DNA from: a virus
Taxonomy: Duplodnaviria > Heunggongvirae > Uroviricota > Caudoviricetes
DNA: 54,443 nt
Strand: one strand, 5' to 3'
IMG/VR virus record: IMGVR_UViG_2579778982_000031
Each line of letters begins with the position of its first letter. The stretch's first letter is position 1. The notes beneath the pieces were generated by a model. That model did no database searches. It was not told the origin of the DNA and worked only from the letters and a program-made list of their open reading frames with translations. Shown here piece by piece: positions 9,220 to 18,706 of the stretch. The position numbers and the translations under genes are program-made.

Positions 9220-9361
9220 TACTCCTGTACCGTTTATACCTAATCCGCTGACGTATGGTGCCAGTCTGGAGCTGAATGTGAGTCTGTTGTCTGCGCTGGC
9301 TAACTGCAATCGGGATAAAGCTGATATTCGTAAAATAGATGCAGAGAGAACTAACCATTAA
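9104..9361 (+). CDS. Rz1-like o-spanin lipoprotein (overlapped frame)
   Basis: Starts inside Rz in another frame; signal peptide with lipobox LLTGC, proline-rich mature part; runs past the Rz stop (overlapped architecture). Confidence 0.7.
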   Translation: MMIVLHVLCLLPLLTGCGSTRTVYVSVPVAPLPPSLTSDTPVPFIPNPLTYGASLELNVSLLSALANCNRDKADIRKIDAERTNH

Positions 9362-9382
9362 GCAATAAAATTGTCAAATTAA

Positions 9383-10009
9383 TCAGTTGTCAAATGAATA
9401 TACGTTAAAGGTATATGTCGACATAATTTCACCAAGTACCTCAATACATACACTTTTTTTATGAAAATTACTGGGAAATGAACTTAGCTCCTCAAGACAT
9501 TGCACATAAGTGCTGATATCACTTGCATCACGTTCAAGGAATTTCACTTGACCAAAAGAAGGAGTTTTAATCTTGGTTCTTTGCTGGAGTATATGGATAA
9601 AGTGTGTAGTTGGTGAAACTATTACTCTTGAAATATCGGAAATGATGTCTTCTTGAACTTGCCGATAAAGTAAATCCTTTGGGTAATGGTGTTTAATCTC
9701 GATGGTTGCAACATTGCCATTATGTTCAGACGTTAATATCGACTGGTTATAAAGTGATATGTCAACAGCGCCGATACCGAGTTTTGGATGCTCACTTAAA
9801 GCAGTTAGTGTGCTGATTTGATTGAGTATAACAACTAACTCATCACGTATTTGTGTTTCATGTTTGCGATTGTAGAAGTAGCCATTCAGTTCATTTAACT
9901 TTTTATGCATCCTATCGTGACTAATTGCTTCGATCAGTAAATCCTGAATCATACTTTTCTCTAGGTAATCCGAACGGTTGTAAGTGACAGTATTGTGCTG
10001 GCATGTCAT
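9383..10009 (-). CDS. Hypothetical protein (moron, gene 2 of a reverse-strand pair)
   Basis: 208-aa ORF in an AT-rich block between Rz1 and the packaging genes; no motif recognised. Confidence 0.45.
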   Translation of the reverse strand: MTCQHNTVTYNRSDYLEKSMIQDLLIEAISHDRMHKKLNELNGYFYNRKHETQIRDELVVILNQISTLTALSEHPKLGIGAVDISLYNQSILTSEHNGNVATIEIKHHYPKDLLYRQVQEDIISDISRVIVSPTTHFIHILQQRTKIKTPSFGQVKFLERDASDISTYVQCLEELSSFPSNFHKKSVCIEVLGEIMSTYTFNVYSFDN

Positions 10010-10052
10010 TAATATGTAAAGGTATTGTGAATGCCAGAAAGATAACGAAGTA

Positions 10053-10406
10053 TCATCGATAGAAAAACTTTACAGCCCACTCGTAAACAGCTTTGTAAAT
10101 CGGTTCATGGTAAATACTATCGATACTATTCAGATGTGCGATCATCGCCTCCACAGTTGTAGTGGTTGTTTCTAATATTTCGATTATTGCAGGGCGGTCA
10201 TCATCTTCATCGAAGTATTCGAACAGCAGTACAGGTTTACCATGCAATTCAGCATCTGAGACTCTAAGGTTACAACTACCGCTCAACTCAAAGTGAATTT
10301 TGTAATTACCTTCTACAGAATGGCCTACGGGGAAAAAGTATAGGGTGTCATCTTTGTTCAAAAGCCATTCCCATTCATAACTATTCATTTGTGAACTCCT
10401 GTTCAT
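10053..10406 (-). CDS. Hypothetical small acidic protein (moron, gene 1 of the pair)
   Basis: 117-aa ORF 43 bp upstream of the 208-aa gene on the same strand; acidic DEDDD patch. Confidence 0.45.
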   Translation of the reverse strand: MNRSSQMNSYEWEWLLNKDDTLYFFPVGHSVEGNYKIHFELSGSCNLRVSDAELHGKPVLLFEYFDEDDDRPAIIEILETTTTTVEAMIAHLNSIDSIYHEPIYKAVYEWAVKFFYR

Positions 10407-10538
10407 TGAGTTTCAACAACTATCAACTACATCCAGCGAAGCATAAAAGATCGTTTATGGCAAAACCGGAATGGAGTGCGATTCGATTCTGAGAAGGGTG
10501 CCACGTATCGTACGCGAACCATCCAAGAGGATTATGCA

Positions 10539-10889
10539 ATGCCCCTACGAACCCCAAAAGCCTGCCGCGTTCGCGGCTGCCGTAATACTACTACAGACCC
10601 GTCAGGCTACTGCGAAAGCCACAAAAACGAAGGCTGGAAACAATACAAGCCGGGGCAATCTCGTCATCAGCGCGGTTATGGTTCGAAGTGGGACAGTATC
10701 CGCGCGCGTGTGCTGAAGCGTGACAAAGGTTTATGTCAATTATGTCTGCATGCTGGTGTGGTGGGTGAGGCGAAAACCGTTGACCACATCATTCCCAAAG
10801 CGCATGGCGGCACCGATGCCGACAGTAACCTGCAGAGTCTGTGCTGGCCGTGTCATAAGGCGAAGACGGCCCGTGAACGGCTGAAGTAA
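10539..10889 (+). CDS. HNH endonuclease (packaging-associated)
   Basis: HNH/zinc-ribbon motifs (CxxC...DHIIPKAHGG...N...CWPCH); directly upstream of terS as in HK97-like cos phages. ATG at 10539 chosen. Confidence 0.75.
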   Translation: MPLRTPKACRVRGCRNTTTDPSGYCESHKNEGWKQYKPGQSRHQRGYGSKWDSIRARVLKRDKGLCQLCLHAGVVGEAKTVDHIIPKAHGGTDADSNLQSLCWPCHKAKTARERLK

Positions 10890-11014
10890 GAACCAGTTCC
10901 CATTGCCAGAGGGGAGGGGCGGGTCAAATCCCTGTGACCTGACGTCTTCCGGACTGCCCGCCCCATCGTTTTTTTATACCCGCGAAAAATGAAATTTAAC
11001 CAGGAGTGCCGCAT

Positions 11015-11509
11015 ATGGCTGGAACGGCGGGGCGTTCCGGGCGTCGCCCCAAGCCAACGGCGCGCAAGGCGCTGGCCGGAAACCCCGGCAAGCGAGCCCT
11101 GAATAAAGATGAACCTGTTTTTACGCCCATCAAAGGTGTTGAGCCACCGGAGTGGTTCGCTGAAGAAGATCTCCCTCTCGCCACGATCATGTGGCAATTG
11201 ACAACTAAAGAACTTTGCGGTCAGGGCCTGCTGTGCGTGACTGACCTCGCGGTGCTTGAGCGGTGGTGTGTGGCCTATGAGTTCTGGCGACGTGCCGTGA
11301 AAAATATTGCCAGACAGGGCAACACCATCACCGGTGCAATGGGCGGTATGGTCAAAAATCCTGAGCTGACCGCCAAAAAAGAACAGGAGTCCGAGATGAG
11401 CAGCACGGGGGCAATGCTCGGACTCGACCCCAGCAGCCGCCAGCGTCTGATTGGCCTGGCGGGGCAGAAGAAAGCTACTAACCCGTTTCTGAAAATCATC
11501 GAATCATGA
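11015..11509 (+). CDS. Terminase small subunit (P27-family-like)
   Basis: Basic N-terminus and position immediately before terL; ATG at 11015 with CAGGAG RBS. Confidence 0.65.
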   Translation: MAGTAGRSGRRPKPTARKALAGNPGKRALNKDEPVFTPIKGVEPPEWFAEEDLPLATIMWQLTTKELCGQGLLCVTDLAVLERWCVAYEFWRRAVKNIARQGNTITGAMGGMVKNPELTAKKEQESEMSSTGAMLGLDPSSRQRLIGLAGQKKATNPFLKIIES

Positions 11510-13239
11510 GCCGGAAATCTTACCCCAACGTAAATGCTGCCAATCAGTATGCCCGGGATGTCGTTCGCGGAAAGATTGTGGCCTGCCAGTTTGTGATTCA
11601 GGCCTGCCAGCGCCATCTTGATGACCTGATGGCGGAAAAAAGTAAGTCGTTTCGTTACCGCTTCGACAAGGACCTGGCTGAACGGGCCGCCAAATTTATT
11701 CAGCTGTTGCCGCACACCAAGGGTGAGTGGGCATTCAAGAGGATGCCCATCACGCTGGAGCCGTGGCAGCTATTTGTGGTCTGCTGTGCGTTTGGCTGGG
11801 TCAATAAAGGGTCCCGGCTGCGCCGCTTCCGGGAGGTGTATACCGAAATCCCCCGTAAGAACGGCAAATCGGCAATCTCTGCCGGTGTTGCCCTGTATTG
11901 TTTTGCCTGTGATAACGAGTTTGGCGCGGAAGTGTATTCCGGTGCCACGACAGAGAAACAGGCGTGGGAAGTCTTTCGCCCGGCGCGACTGATGTGTAAA
12001 CGCACGCCCATGCTGACGGAAGCGTTCGGGATTGAGGTTAACGCCTCAAACATGAACCGTCCGGAGGATGGCGCGCGGTTTGAACCGCTGATCGGTAACC
12101 CCGGTGATGGATCATCACCCCACTGTGCGGTGGTGGATGAATATCACGAGCACGCCACCGATGCGCTTTACACCACGATGCTTACCGGGATGGGGGCGCG
12201 ACGTCAGCCACTGATGTGGGCCATTACTACTGCCGGGTACAACATTGAGGGGCCGTGCTACGACAAGCGGCGGGAAGTCATCGAGATGCTCAACGGCTCG
12301 GTGCCCAACGATGAACTGTTCGGGATCATCTATACCGTTGATGAAGGTGACGACTGGACCGACCCGCAGGTGCTGGAAAAAGCCAATCCAAATATTGGCG
12401 TGTCGGTTTATCGCGAATTTTTGTTAAGTCAGCAGCAGCGTGCGAAAAATAACGCCCGTCTGGCAAACGTCTTTAAAACAAAACACCTCAATATCTGGGT
12501 GTCGGCGCGTTCGGCGTATTTCAACCTGGTGAGCTGGCAGAGCTGCGAGGATAAATCACTGACCCTTGAGCAGTTCGAGGGGCAGCCGTGCATTCTGGCC
12601 TTTGACCTGGCGCGTAAGCTGGATATGAACAGCATGGCGCGACTTTATACCCGCGAGATTGACGGTAAAACGCATTACTACAGTGTGGCCCCGCGTTTCT
12701 GGGTACCGTATGACACGGTGTACAGCGTCGAGAAAAATGAAGATCGCCGGACAGCCGAACGCTTTCAGAAATGGGTGGAAATGGGCGTCCTGACCGTTAC
12801 CGATGGTGCAGAGGTGGATTATCGCTACATCCTCGAAGAGGCCAAAGCAGCGAACAAAATCAGCCCGGTCAGCGAGTCACCCATCGACCCCTTCGGGGCG
12901 ACCGGGCTGTCACATGACCTTGCTGATGAAGACCTGAATCCCATCACCATCATTCAGAACTACACCAACATGTCCGACCCGATGAAAGAGCTGGAAGCGG
13001 CAATTGAATCGGGGCGCTTTCATCATGACGGCAATCCCATCATGACCTGGTGTATCGGCAACGTGGTCGGCAAAACCATTCCGGGTAACGATGATGTGGT
13101 GAAGCCCGTCAAAGAGCAGGCGGAAAACAAAATCGATGGTGCAGTTGCGCTGATTATGGCGGTTGGCAGAGCCATGCTGTATGAGAAAGAAGACACGCTG
13201 TCCGACCACATTGAGTCCTACGGGATCCGCTCGCTTTAA
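11506..13239 (+). CDS. Terminase large subunit
   Basis: 577 aa; ATPase Walker-type segment ([11 protein letters not shown]) and C-terminal nuclease-like region; ATGA overlap with terS. Confidence 0.85.
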   Translation: MSRKSYPNVNAANQYARDVVRGKIVACQFVIQACQRHLDDLMAEKSKSFRYRFDKDLAERAAKFIQLLPHTKGEWAFKRMPITLEPWQLFVVCCAFGWVNKGSRLRRFREVYTEIPRKNGKSAISAGVALYCFACDNEFGAEVYSGATTEKQAWEVFRPARLMCKRTPMLTEAFGIEVNASNMNRPEDGARFEPLIGNPGDGSSPHCAVVDEYHEHATDALYTTMLTGMGARRQPLMWAITTAGYNIEGPCYDKRREVIEMLNGSVPNDELFGIIYTVDEGDDWTDPQVLEKANPNIGVSVYREFLLSQQQRAKNNARLANVFKTKHLNIWVSARSAYFNLVSWQSCEDKSLTLEQFEGQPCILAFDLARKLDMNSMARLYTREIDGKTHYYSVAPRFWVPYDTVYSVEKNEDRRTAERFQKWVEMGVLTVTDGAEVDYRYILEEAKAANKISPVSESPIDPFGATGLSHDLADEDLNPITIIQNYTNMSDPMKELEAAIESGRFHHDGNPIMTWCIGNVVGKTIPGNDDVVKPVKEQAENKIDGAVALIMAVGRAMLYEKEDTLSDHIESYGIRSL

Positions 13240-13250
13240 CTGAGGTAATT

Positions 13251-13433
13251 ATGATCATGCTGATTCTCGCGCCTCTGGTGGGCGTGCTGGGGGTGCTTTT
13301 GCTGGCGTATGGTGCCTGGCTGATTTATCCCCCGGCGGGGTTTGTTGTTGCCGGGGCGTTGTGCCTGTTCTGGTCGTGGCTGGTAGCGCGATATCTCGAC
13401 CGTACACAGATGTCTGTTGGTGGAGGTAAATAG
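13251..13433 (+). CDS. Hypothetical small membrane protein
   Basis: 60-aa ORF with two hydrophobic helices between terL and portal. Confidence 0.35.
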   Translation: MIMLILAPLVGVLGVLLLAYGAWLIYPPAGFVVAGALCLFWSWLVARYLDRTQMSVGGGK

Positions 13434-14674
13434 TGTTCTTTTCGGGATTATTTCAACGAAAAAGTGACGCACCGGTGACCACGCCAGCAGAGCTGGTGGA
13501 TGCTATCGGGCTGTCATACGACACCTATACCGGAAAGCAGATCAGCAGCCAGAGGGCCATGCGACTGACGGCGGTTTTTTCCTGCGTCAGGGTGCTGGCG
13601 GAGTCGGTCGGGATGTTGCCCTGCAACCTGTATCACCTGAACGGCAGCCTGAAGCAGAGAGCCACTGGCGAACGTCTGCATAAGCTGATCTCCACGCATC
13701 CCAATGGCTATATGACGCCGCAGGAGTTCTGGGAGCTGGTGGTCACCTGTCTGTGCCTGCGGGGAAACTTTTACGCCTACAAAGTGAAAGCATTTGGCGA
13801 AGTGGCTGAACTGCTGCCCGTCGATCCCGGCTGTGTGGTACCGAAGCTTAACAGTAGCTGGGAGCCGGTCTATCAGGTCACATTCCCGGATGGCTCCACG
13901 GATGTACTGAGCCAGGAGGATATCTGGCATGTGCGCACGCTGACGCTGGACGGACTGGTGGGGCTGAATCCCATCGCCTATGCCCGCGAGGCAATATCGC
14001 TGGCGGCAGCGACCGAAGAGCACGGGGCCAGACTGTTCAGCAATGGCGCGGTGACGTCGGGTGTGTTGCGTACAGAGCAGACGCTGTCAGATCAGGCTTA
14101 CGAGCGCCTGAAGAAAGATTTTGAGGAGCGTCACACCGGGCTTGGCAATGCTCACCGCCCGATGATCCTTGAGATGGGGCTGGACTGGAAGTCGATGGCG
14201 CTGAACGCCGAGGACAGCCAGTTCCTGGAAACCCGCAAGTTTCAACTTGAAGAAATCTGTCGTCTGTTCCGGGTACCGTTGCACATGGTGCAGAACACCG
14301 ATCGCGCCACCTTCAACAATATCGAAGAACTGGGGCTTGGATTTATCAACTATTCACTGGTGCCGTATCTGACCCGCATCGAACAGCGGATCAACACCGG
14401 ACTGGTACGAAAAAGTAAGCAGGGCGTTTATTACGCCAAATTTAACGCCGGGGCGTTACTGCGCGGGGATATGAAGTCCCGTTTTGAAGCCTACGCCACC
14501 GGGATTAACTGGGGAATTTACTCTCCCAATGACTGCCGCGACCTGGAAGATATGAATCCGCGTCCCGGTGGTGATGTCTATCTCACACCGATGAACATGA
14601 CCACGAAACCCTCCGATGGCAGTAAAGCCGGTAAGCAGAAGGATAACGCCAATGCAGACGAAACAACGTCTTGA
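13433..14674 (+). CDS. Portal protein (HK97 family)
   Basis: ~413 aa, follows terL; GTG start after a GGAGG RBS. Confidence 0.8.
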   Translation: MFFSGLFQRKSDAPVTTPAELVDAIGLSYDTYTGKQISSQRAMRLTAVFSCVRVLAESVGMLPCNLYHLNGSLKQRATGERLHKLISTHPNGYMTPQEFWELVVTCLCLRGNFYAYKVKAFGEVAELLPVDPGCVVPKLNSSWEPVYQVTFPDGSTDVLSQEDIWHVRTLTLDGLVGLNPIAYAREAISLAAATEEHGARLFSNGAVTSGVLRTEQTLSDQAYERLKKDFEERHTGLGNAHRPMILEMGLDWKSMALNAEDSQFLETRKFQLEEICRLFRVPLHMVQNTDRATFNNIEELGLGFINYSLVPYLTRIEQRINTGLVRKSKQGVYYAKFNAGALLRGDMKSRFEAYATGINWGIYSPNDCRDLEDMNPRPGGDVYLTPMNMTTKPSDGSKAGKQKDNANADETTS

Positions 14675-15302
14675 TGTACCGCTGAGTCTGAAATCTGTCA
14701 GTGACTCCGGTGAGTTTGAAGGGTATGGCTCCGTCTTTGGTGTAAAGGACAGCCACGATGATGTGGTGATGTCCGGGGCATTTGCTGCTTCCCTGCGGGC
14801 GTGGAGTGACAGAAAAGCGTTACCTGCGCTGCTCTGGCAGCACCGCATGGATGAACCCATCGGTGTTTACACCGAAATGAAGGAAGACGATGTCGGGCTT
14901 TACGTCAGGGGACGGTTGCTTATTGATGATGATCCCCTCGCAAAACGCGCACATGCACACATGAAGGCCGGTTCGTTAACCGGCCTTTCTATTGGGTACG
15001 TCCTGAAAGACTGGGAATACGACCGGAGCAAAGAAGCCTTTCTGCTGAAAGAAATCGACCTCTGGGAAGTCAGCCTGGTGACGTTCCCGTCTAACGACGA
15101 GGCGCGGATCAGCGACGTCAAGAACGCACTGGCCCGCGGGGAAATCCCCGAACAGAAAAAAATCGAAAGAGTCCTGCGTGATGTCGGACTCTCCCGTACC
15201 CAGGCCAAAGCATTCATGGCCGGGGGCTATGGCGCACTGTCCCTGCGCGACGCTGAGGATGTGGGCTCTGCACTGAATGCACTGAAAAATCTGAACTTCT
15301 AA
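14652..15302 (+). CDS. Prohead protease (HK97 family)
   Basis: Follows portal and precedes capsid; N-terminus resembles HK97-type prohead proteases; ATG at 14652 overlaps the portal end. Confidence 0.75.
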   Translation: MQTKQRLDVPLSLKSVSDSGEFEGYGSVFGVKDSHDDVVMSGAFAASLRAWSDRKALPALLWQHRMDEPIGVYTEMKEDDVGLYVRGRLLIDDDPLAKRAHAHMKAGSLTGLSIGYVLKDWEYDRSKEAFLLKEIDLWEVSLVTFPSNDEARISDVKNALARGEIPEQKKIERVLRDVGLSRTQAKAFMAGGYGALSLRDAEDVGSALNALKNLNF

Positions 15303-15316
15303 TCAGGAGAAATACG

Positions 15317-16522
15317 ATGGCGGTTGATATTAAAGATGTCGAACAGGTCGCGCAGGAGCTGCAGCAGAAGTTTGACGACTTCAAAGCAAAGAACGACAAG
15401 CGCGTGGATGCGATTGAGCAGGAAAAAGGCAAGCTTGCCGGGCAGGTGGAAACCCTGAACGGGAAACTCAGCGAGCTGGAAAACCTCAAAAGCGATCTTG
15501 AAAAAGAGCTGCTTGAGCTGAAACGTCCGGCAGGTGGTGCGCAAAATAAACTGGCCACCGAGCATAAAGAAGCGTTTGTGGGCTTCCTGCGTAAAGGCCG
15601 TGAAGATGGTCTGCGCGATCTGGAGCGCAAGGCATTACAGGTGGGCACCGATGAAGACGGCGGCTATGCCGTGCCGGAAGCACTGGATCGCAACATTCTC
15701 ACCCTGCTGAAAGATGAAGTGGTGATGCGCCAGGAAGCCACGGTGATCACCGTTGGTGGTTCCGACTACAAAAAACTGGTGAATCTGGGCGGCACGGCTT
15801 CCGGATGGGTTGGCGAGACTGACGCGCGCTCCCAGACTGCCACCTCAAAACTGGGCCTGATTGAACCTTTCATGGGGGAAATCTACGGTAACCCGCAGGC
15901 CACCCAGAAAATGCTGGATGATGCCTTTTTCAACGTGGAAGCATGGATCAACAGCGAGCTGGCAACCGAATTTGCCGAACAGGAAGAAATTGCCTTTACC
16001 ACCGGCGATGGTACCAAGAAGCCGAAAGGGTTCCTGGCGTATGAATCCACGGATGAAACCGATAAGGTCCGGGCGTTCGGCAAACTTCAGCATATTGTAT
16101 CCGGCGACGCGACGGCGGTGACCGCAGACGCCATTATCAAACTGATTTACACGCTGCGTAAGGCACACCGCACCGGCGCGAAGTTCATGATGAACAACAA
16201 TAGCCTGTTTGCCATCCGTCTGCTGAAAGACAGCGAGGGTAACTATCTGTGGCGTCCGGGGCTGGAGCTGGGGCAGCCGTCCTCTCTGGCGGGTTACGGT
16301 ATCGCTGAAAACGAACAGATGCCGGATATCGCCGCTGATGCGAAAGCCATTGCATTTGGTAACTTCAAACGGGGTTACACCATCGTTGACCGTATCGGCA
16401 CCCGCATTCTGCGTGACCCGTACACCAATAAACCGTTTGTCGGTTTTTATACCACCAAGCGCACCGGCGGGATGCTGGTCGATTCGCAGGCCATCAAACT
16501 GCTGAAGATTGCAGCGGCGTAA
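15317..16522 (+). CDS. Major capsid protein (HK97 fold, with N-terminal delta/scaffold-like domain)
   Basis: 401 aa; coiled-coil N-terminal ~100 aa then capsid-like body; canonical position after the protease. Confidence 0.85.
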   Translation: MAVDIKDVEQVAQELQQKFDDFKAKNDKRVDAIEQEKGKLAGQVETLNGKLSELENLKSDLEKELLELKRPAGGAQNKLATEHKEAFVGFLRKGREDGLRDLERKALQVGTDEDGGYAVPEALDRNILTLLKDEVVMRQEATVITVGGSDYKKLVNLGGTASGWVGETDARSQTATSKLGLIEPFMGEIYGNPQATQKMLDDAFFNVEAWINSELATEFAEQEEIAFTTGDGTKKPKGFLAYESTDETDKVRAFGKLQHIVSGDATAVTADAIIKLIYTLRKAHRTGAKFMMNNNSLFAIRLLKDSEGNYLWRPGLELGQPSSLAGYGIAENEQMPDIAADAKAIAFGNFKRGYTIVDRIGTRILRDPYTNKPFVGFYTTKRTGGMLVDSQAIKLLKIAAA

Positions 16523-16571
16523 TCACTCAGGGGCGCGGAACCGCGCCCCCTGTTCTGACGGGTGAAGAATC

Positions 16572-16772
16572 ATGATCCTGAAACAAGATCTGAAATGGTC
16601 ACCGGACGGTATGCGTGTTGAGGTCATTCGGGCCGGTGAGTATGACGACGGGGCGCTTCCTGCCCGGGTGCAGGAGATTGCACTTCAGGCCGGGTTAGCA
16701 GAGCGCGGAATCAGTGCAAAAAGCAGTAAAGCGGCAAAAGAGAAAAAAGCCACGACCAGTAAAGAGGGCTGA
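16572..16772 (+). CDS. Hypothetical head-associated small protein
   Basis: 66-aa ORF between capsid and connector genes; Ala/Lys-rich C-terminus. Confidence 0.4.
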   Translation: MILKQDLKWSPDGMRVEVIRAGEYDDGALPARVQEIALQAGLAERGISAKSSKAAKEKKATTSKEG

Positions 16773-16774
16773 GT

Positions 16775-17098
16775 ATGCTTCTGACAATGGAAGAGATTAA
16801 AGCCCAACTCCGGCTGGATGAGGATTTCGATGCTGATGACCGCCATCTGCAACTGCTGGCCTGTGCGGCGCAAAAGCGGACGGAAACGTATCTGAACCGG
16901 AAGCTCTATGCACCGGATGAAACCATTCCGGACAGCGATCCAGACGGGCTGCACCTGCCGGATGATATTCGCCTGGGGATGCTGATGCTTATCAGCCATT
17001 TTTACGAAAACCGCTCGTCGGTTACGGAAGTGGAGAAACTCGACATGCCGCAGAGTTTTGGCTGGCTTGTCGGCCCGTACAGGTACTTTCCGCAATGA
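16775..17098 (+). CDS. Head-tail connector (gp6-like)
   Basis: N-terminus MEEIKAQLRLDEDFDADD typical of gp6-family connector proteins; position after capsid. Confidence 0.7.
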   Translation: MLLTMEEIKAQLRLDEDFDADDRHLQLLACAAQKRTETYLNRKLYAPDETIPDSDPDGLHLPDDIRLGMLMLISHFYENRSSVTEVEKLDMPQSFGWLVGPYRYFPQ

Positions 17099-17505
17099 AA
17101 ATTCGTCAGGCGCAGACCAGCGCAACCTACATTCTGCCGGACCCCGGTGAACTGAATAAACGCGTCCTGATCCGCCAGCGGGTGGATATGCCCGCGGATA
17201 ACTTTGGTGTGGAGTCTCAATACCCGGTTACGTTCCGGACATGGGCGAAGGTTATCCAGACCAGTGCCACCACCTGGCAGGAAACCGCGCAGACCGGGGA
17301 CGCCATCACCCATTACATCACCATTCGCTACCGCCGGGGGATCACTGCTGATTATGAGGTGGTCTGTGATGACAGTGTGTACCGGGTGAAACGTCAGCGC
17401 GATCTGAACGGGGCGCGGCGCTTTCTGCTGCTGGAGTGTACGGAGCTGGGCGAATATAGGCAGAGTCATGGAGGCAACAATGACGACTTCCTTTTTGCAC
17501 GTTGA
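17095..17505 (+). CDS. Head closure / head-tail adaptor protein
   Basis: 136 aa, ATGA-coupled to the connector gene; size and position fit. Confidence 0.55.
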   Translation: MKIRQAQTSATYILPDPGELNKRVLIRQRVDMPADNFGVESQYPVTFRTWAKVIQTSATTWQETAQTGDAITHYITIRYRRGITADYEVVCDDSVYRVKRQRDLNGARRFLLLECTELGEYRQSHGGNNDDFLFAR

Positions 17506-17986
17506 TTTTCAGCAGCCCGCGGAGATGCGCTTTAACCGCGCCCGTGTCCGGCGGGCGTTTGTCACGATTGGTCAGCGTCATATGCGTGATGCCCGTCGGC
17601 TGGTGATGCGCCGTGCGCGGTCGGCACCGGGTGAAAACCCCGGTTATCAGACCGGACGCCTGGCACGTTCGATTGGGTATATGGTACCCAGAGCCAGTAA
17701 ACATCGCCCTGGTTTTATGGCACGTATAGCCCCTAACCAGCGTAATGGAGAGGGAAACCGCCGTATCACCGGTGATTTTTATCCGGCTTTTTTGTTCTAT
17801 GGCGTGAGGCGAGGGGCAAAGCGTCGTCGCAGCCATCATCGTGGTGCATCCGGTGGCAGCGGCTGGCGACTGGCTCCACGTAATAACTTCATGGTGGAAA
17901 CGCTTGAAAAGAACCGCAGCTGGACACGCTATTTTCTGGCGCGGGAATTGCGTAAATCACTGAAGCCGGAGCGACGACACAGATGA
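17468..17986 (+). CDS. HK97 gp10-like neck/tail protein
   Basis: Position and basic composition only. Confidence 0.45.
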   Translation: MEATMTTSFLHVDFQQPAEMRFNRARVRRAFVTIGQRHMRDARRLVMRRARSAPGENPGYQTGRLARSIGYMVPRASKHRPGFMARIAPNQRNGEGNRRITGDFYPAFLFYGVRRGAKRRRSHHRGASGGSGWRLAPRNNFMVETLEKNRSWTRYFLARELRKSLKPERRHR

Positions 17987-18543
17987 AACTGACGCCTGTT
18001 ATTGCTGCACTGCGTGCCCGTTGTCCGTATTTTGAAAACCGGGTTGCAGGCGCGGCCCAGTTCAAAAATCTGCCGGAGGTCGGAAAGCTGAAACTCCCGG
18101 CGGCATATGTTGTACCGGGTGATGATTCTCCGGGAGAAAACAAAAGCCAGACCGACTACTGGCAGGAGCTGAAAGAGGGCTTCTCCGTGGTTGTCATACT
18201 GAGTAACGGGCGTGATGAGCGCGGTCAGTTTGCCTCGTATGATGTGGTGGACGATGTCCGGCAGATGCTCTTTAAGGCCATGCTGGGCTGGAACCCGGAA
18301 GCGTGCGGTAACCCGATTACTTATGACGGCGGCACGCTGCTGGATCTGAATCGTCATGAGCTGATTTATCAGTTCGATTTTTCGGTCATCAGCGAGCTGA
18401 CCGAAGACGATACCCGCCAGCAGGATGACCTGAACAGTCTGGATGAACTGCGAACGCTGGCGATTGATGTTGATTATCTCGATCCCGGTAACGGGCCTGA
18501 CGGCGATATCGAACATCACACCGAAATAACCCTTCCTTCCTGA
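17983..18543 (+). CDS. Tail completion / tail terminator-like protein
   Basis: 186 aa immediately before the sheath cluster; call from position only. Confidence 0.45.
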   Translation: MKLTPVIAALRARCPYFENRVAGAAQFKNLPEVGKLKLPAAYVVPGDDSPGENKSQTDYWQELKEGFSVVVILSNGRDERGQFASYDVVDDVRQMLFKAMLGWNPEACGNPITYDGGTLLDLNRHELIYQFDFSVISELTEDDTRQQDDLNSLDELRTLAIDVDYLDPGNGPDGDIEHHTEITLPS

Positions 18544-18550
18544 GAATCTT

Positions 18551-18706
18551 CATGTTTGTGAAACCTGTTAAAGGGCGGTCAGTTCCTGACCCTGCCCGCG
18601 GCGACCTTTTGCCCGCCGAGGGGCGAAATGTTGATGAGAACAACTACTGGCTGCGCCGTGAAGCAGCGGGTGATATCCGGCGCGTGAATAAAAAGGTGAA
18701 TACCGA
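18551..18706 (+). CDS. Small conserved tail-module protein (DUF2635-like)
   Basis: 51-aa ORF absent from the supplied track (below its length cut-off); MFVKPVKGRSVPDPARGDLLPAEGRNV...YWLRR pattern recalled from Mu-like tail modules; ends at the sheath start. Confidence 0.4.

Noticed and set aside
17342-18519. Reverse-strand ORFs of 165 and 196 aa within the head-tail joining genes
   Set aside because: Antisense to a tightly coupled + strand structural operon; Arg/Pro-rich shadow composition.
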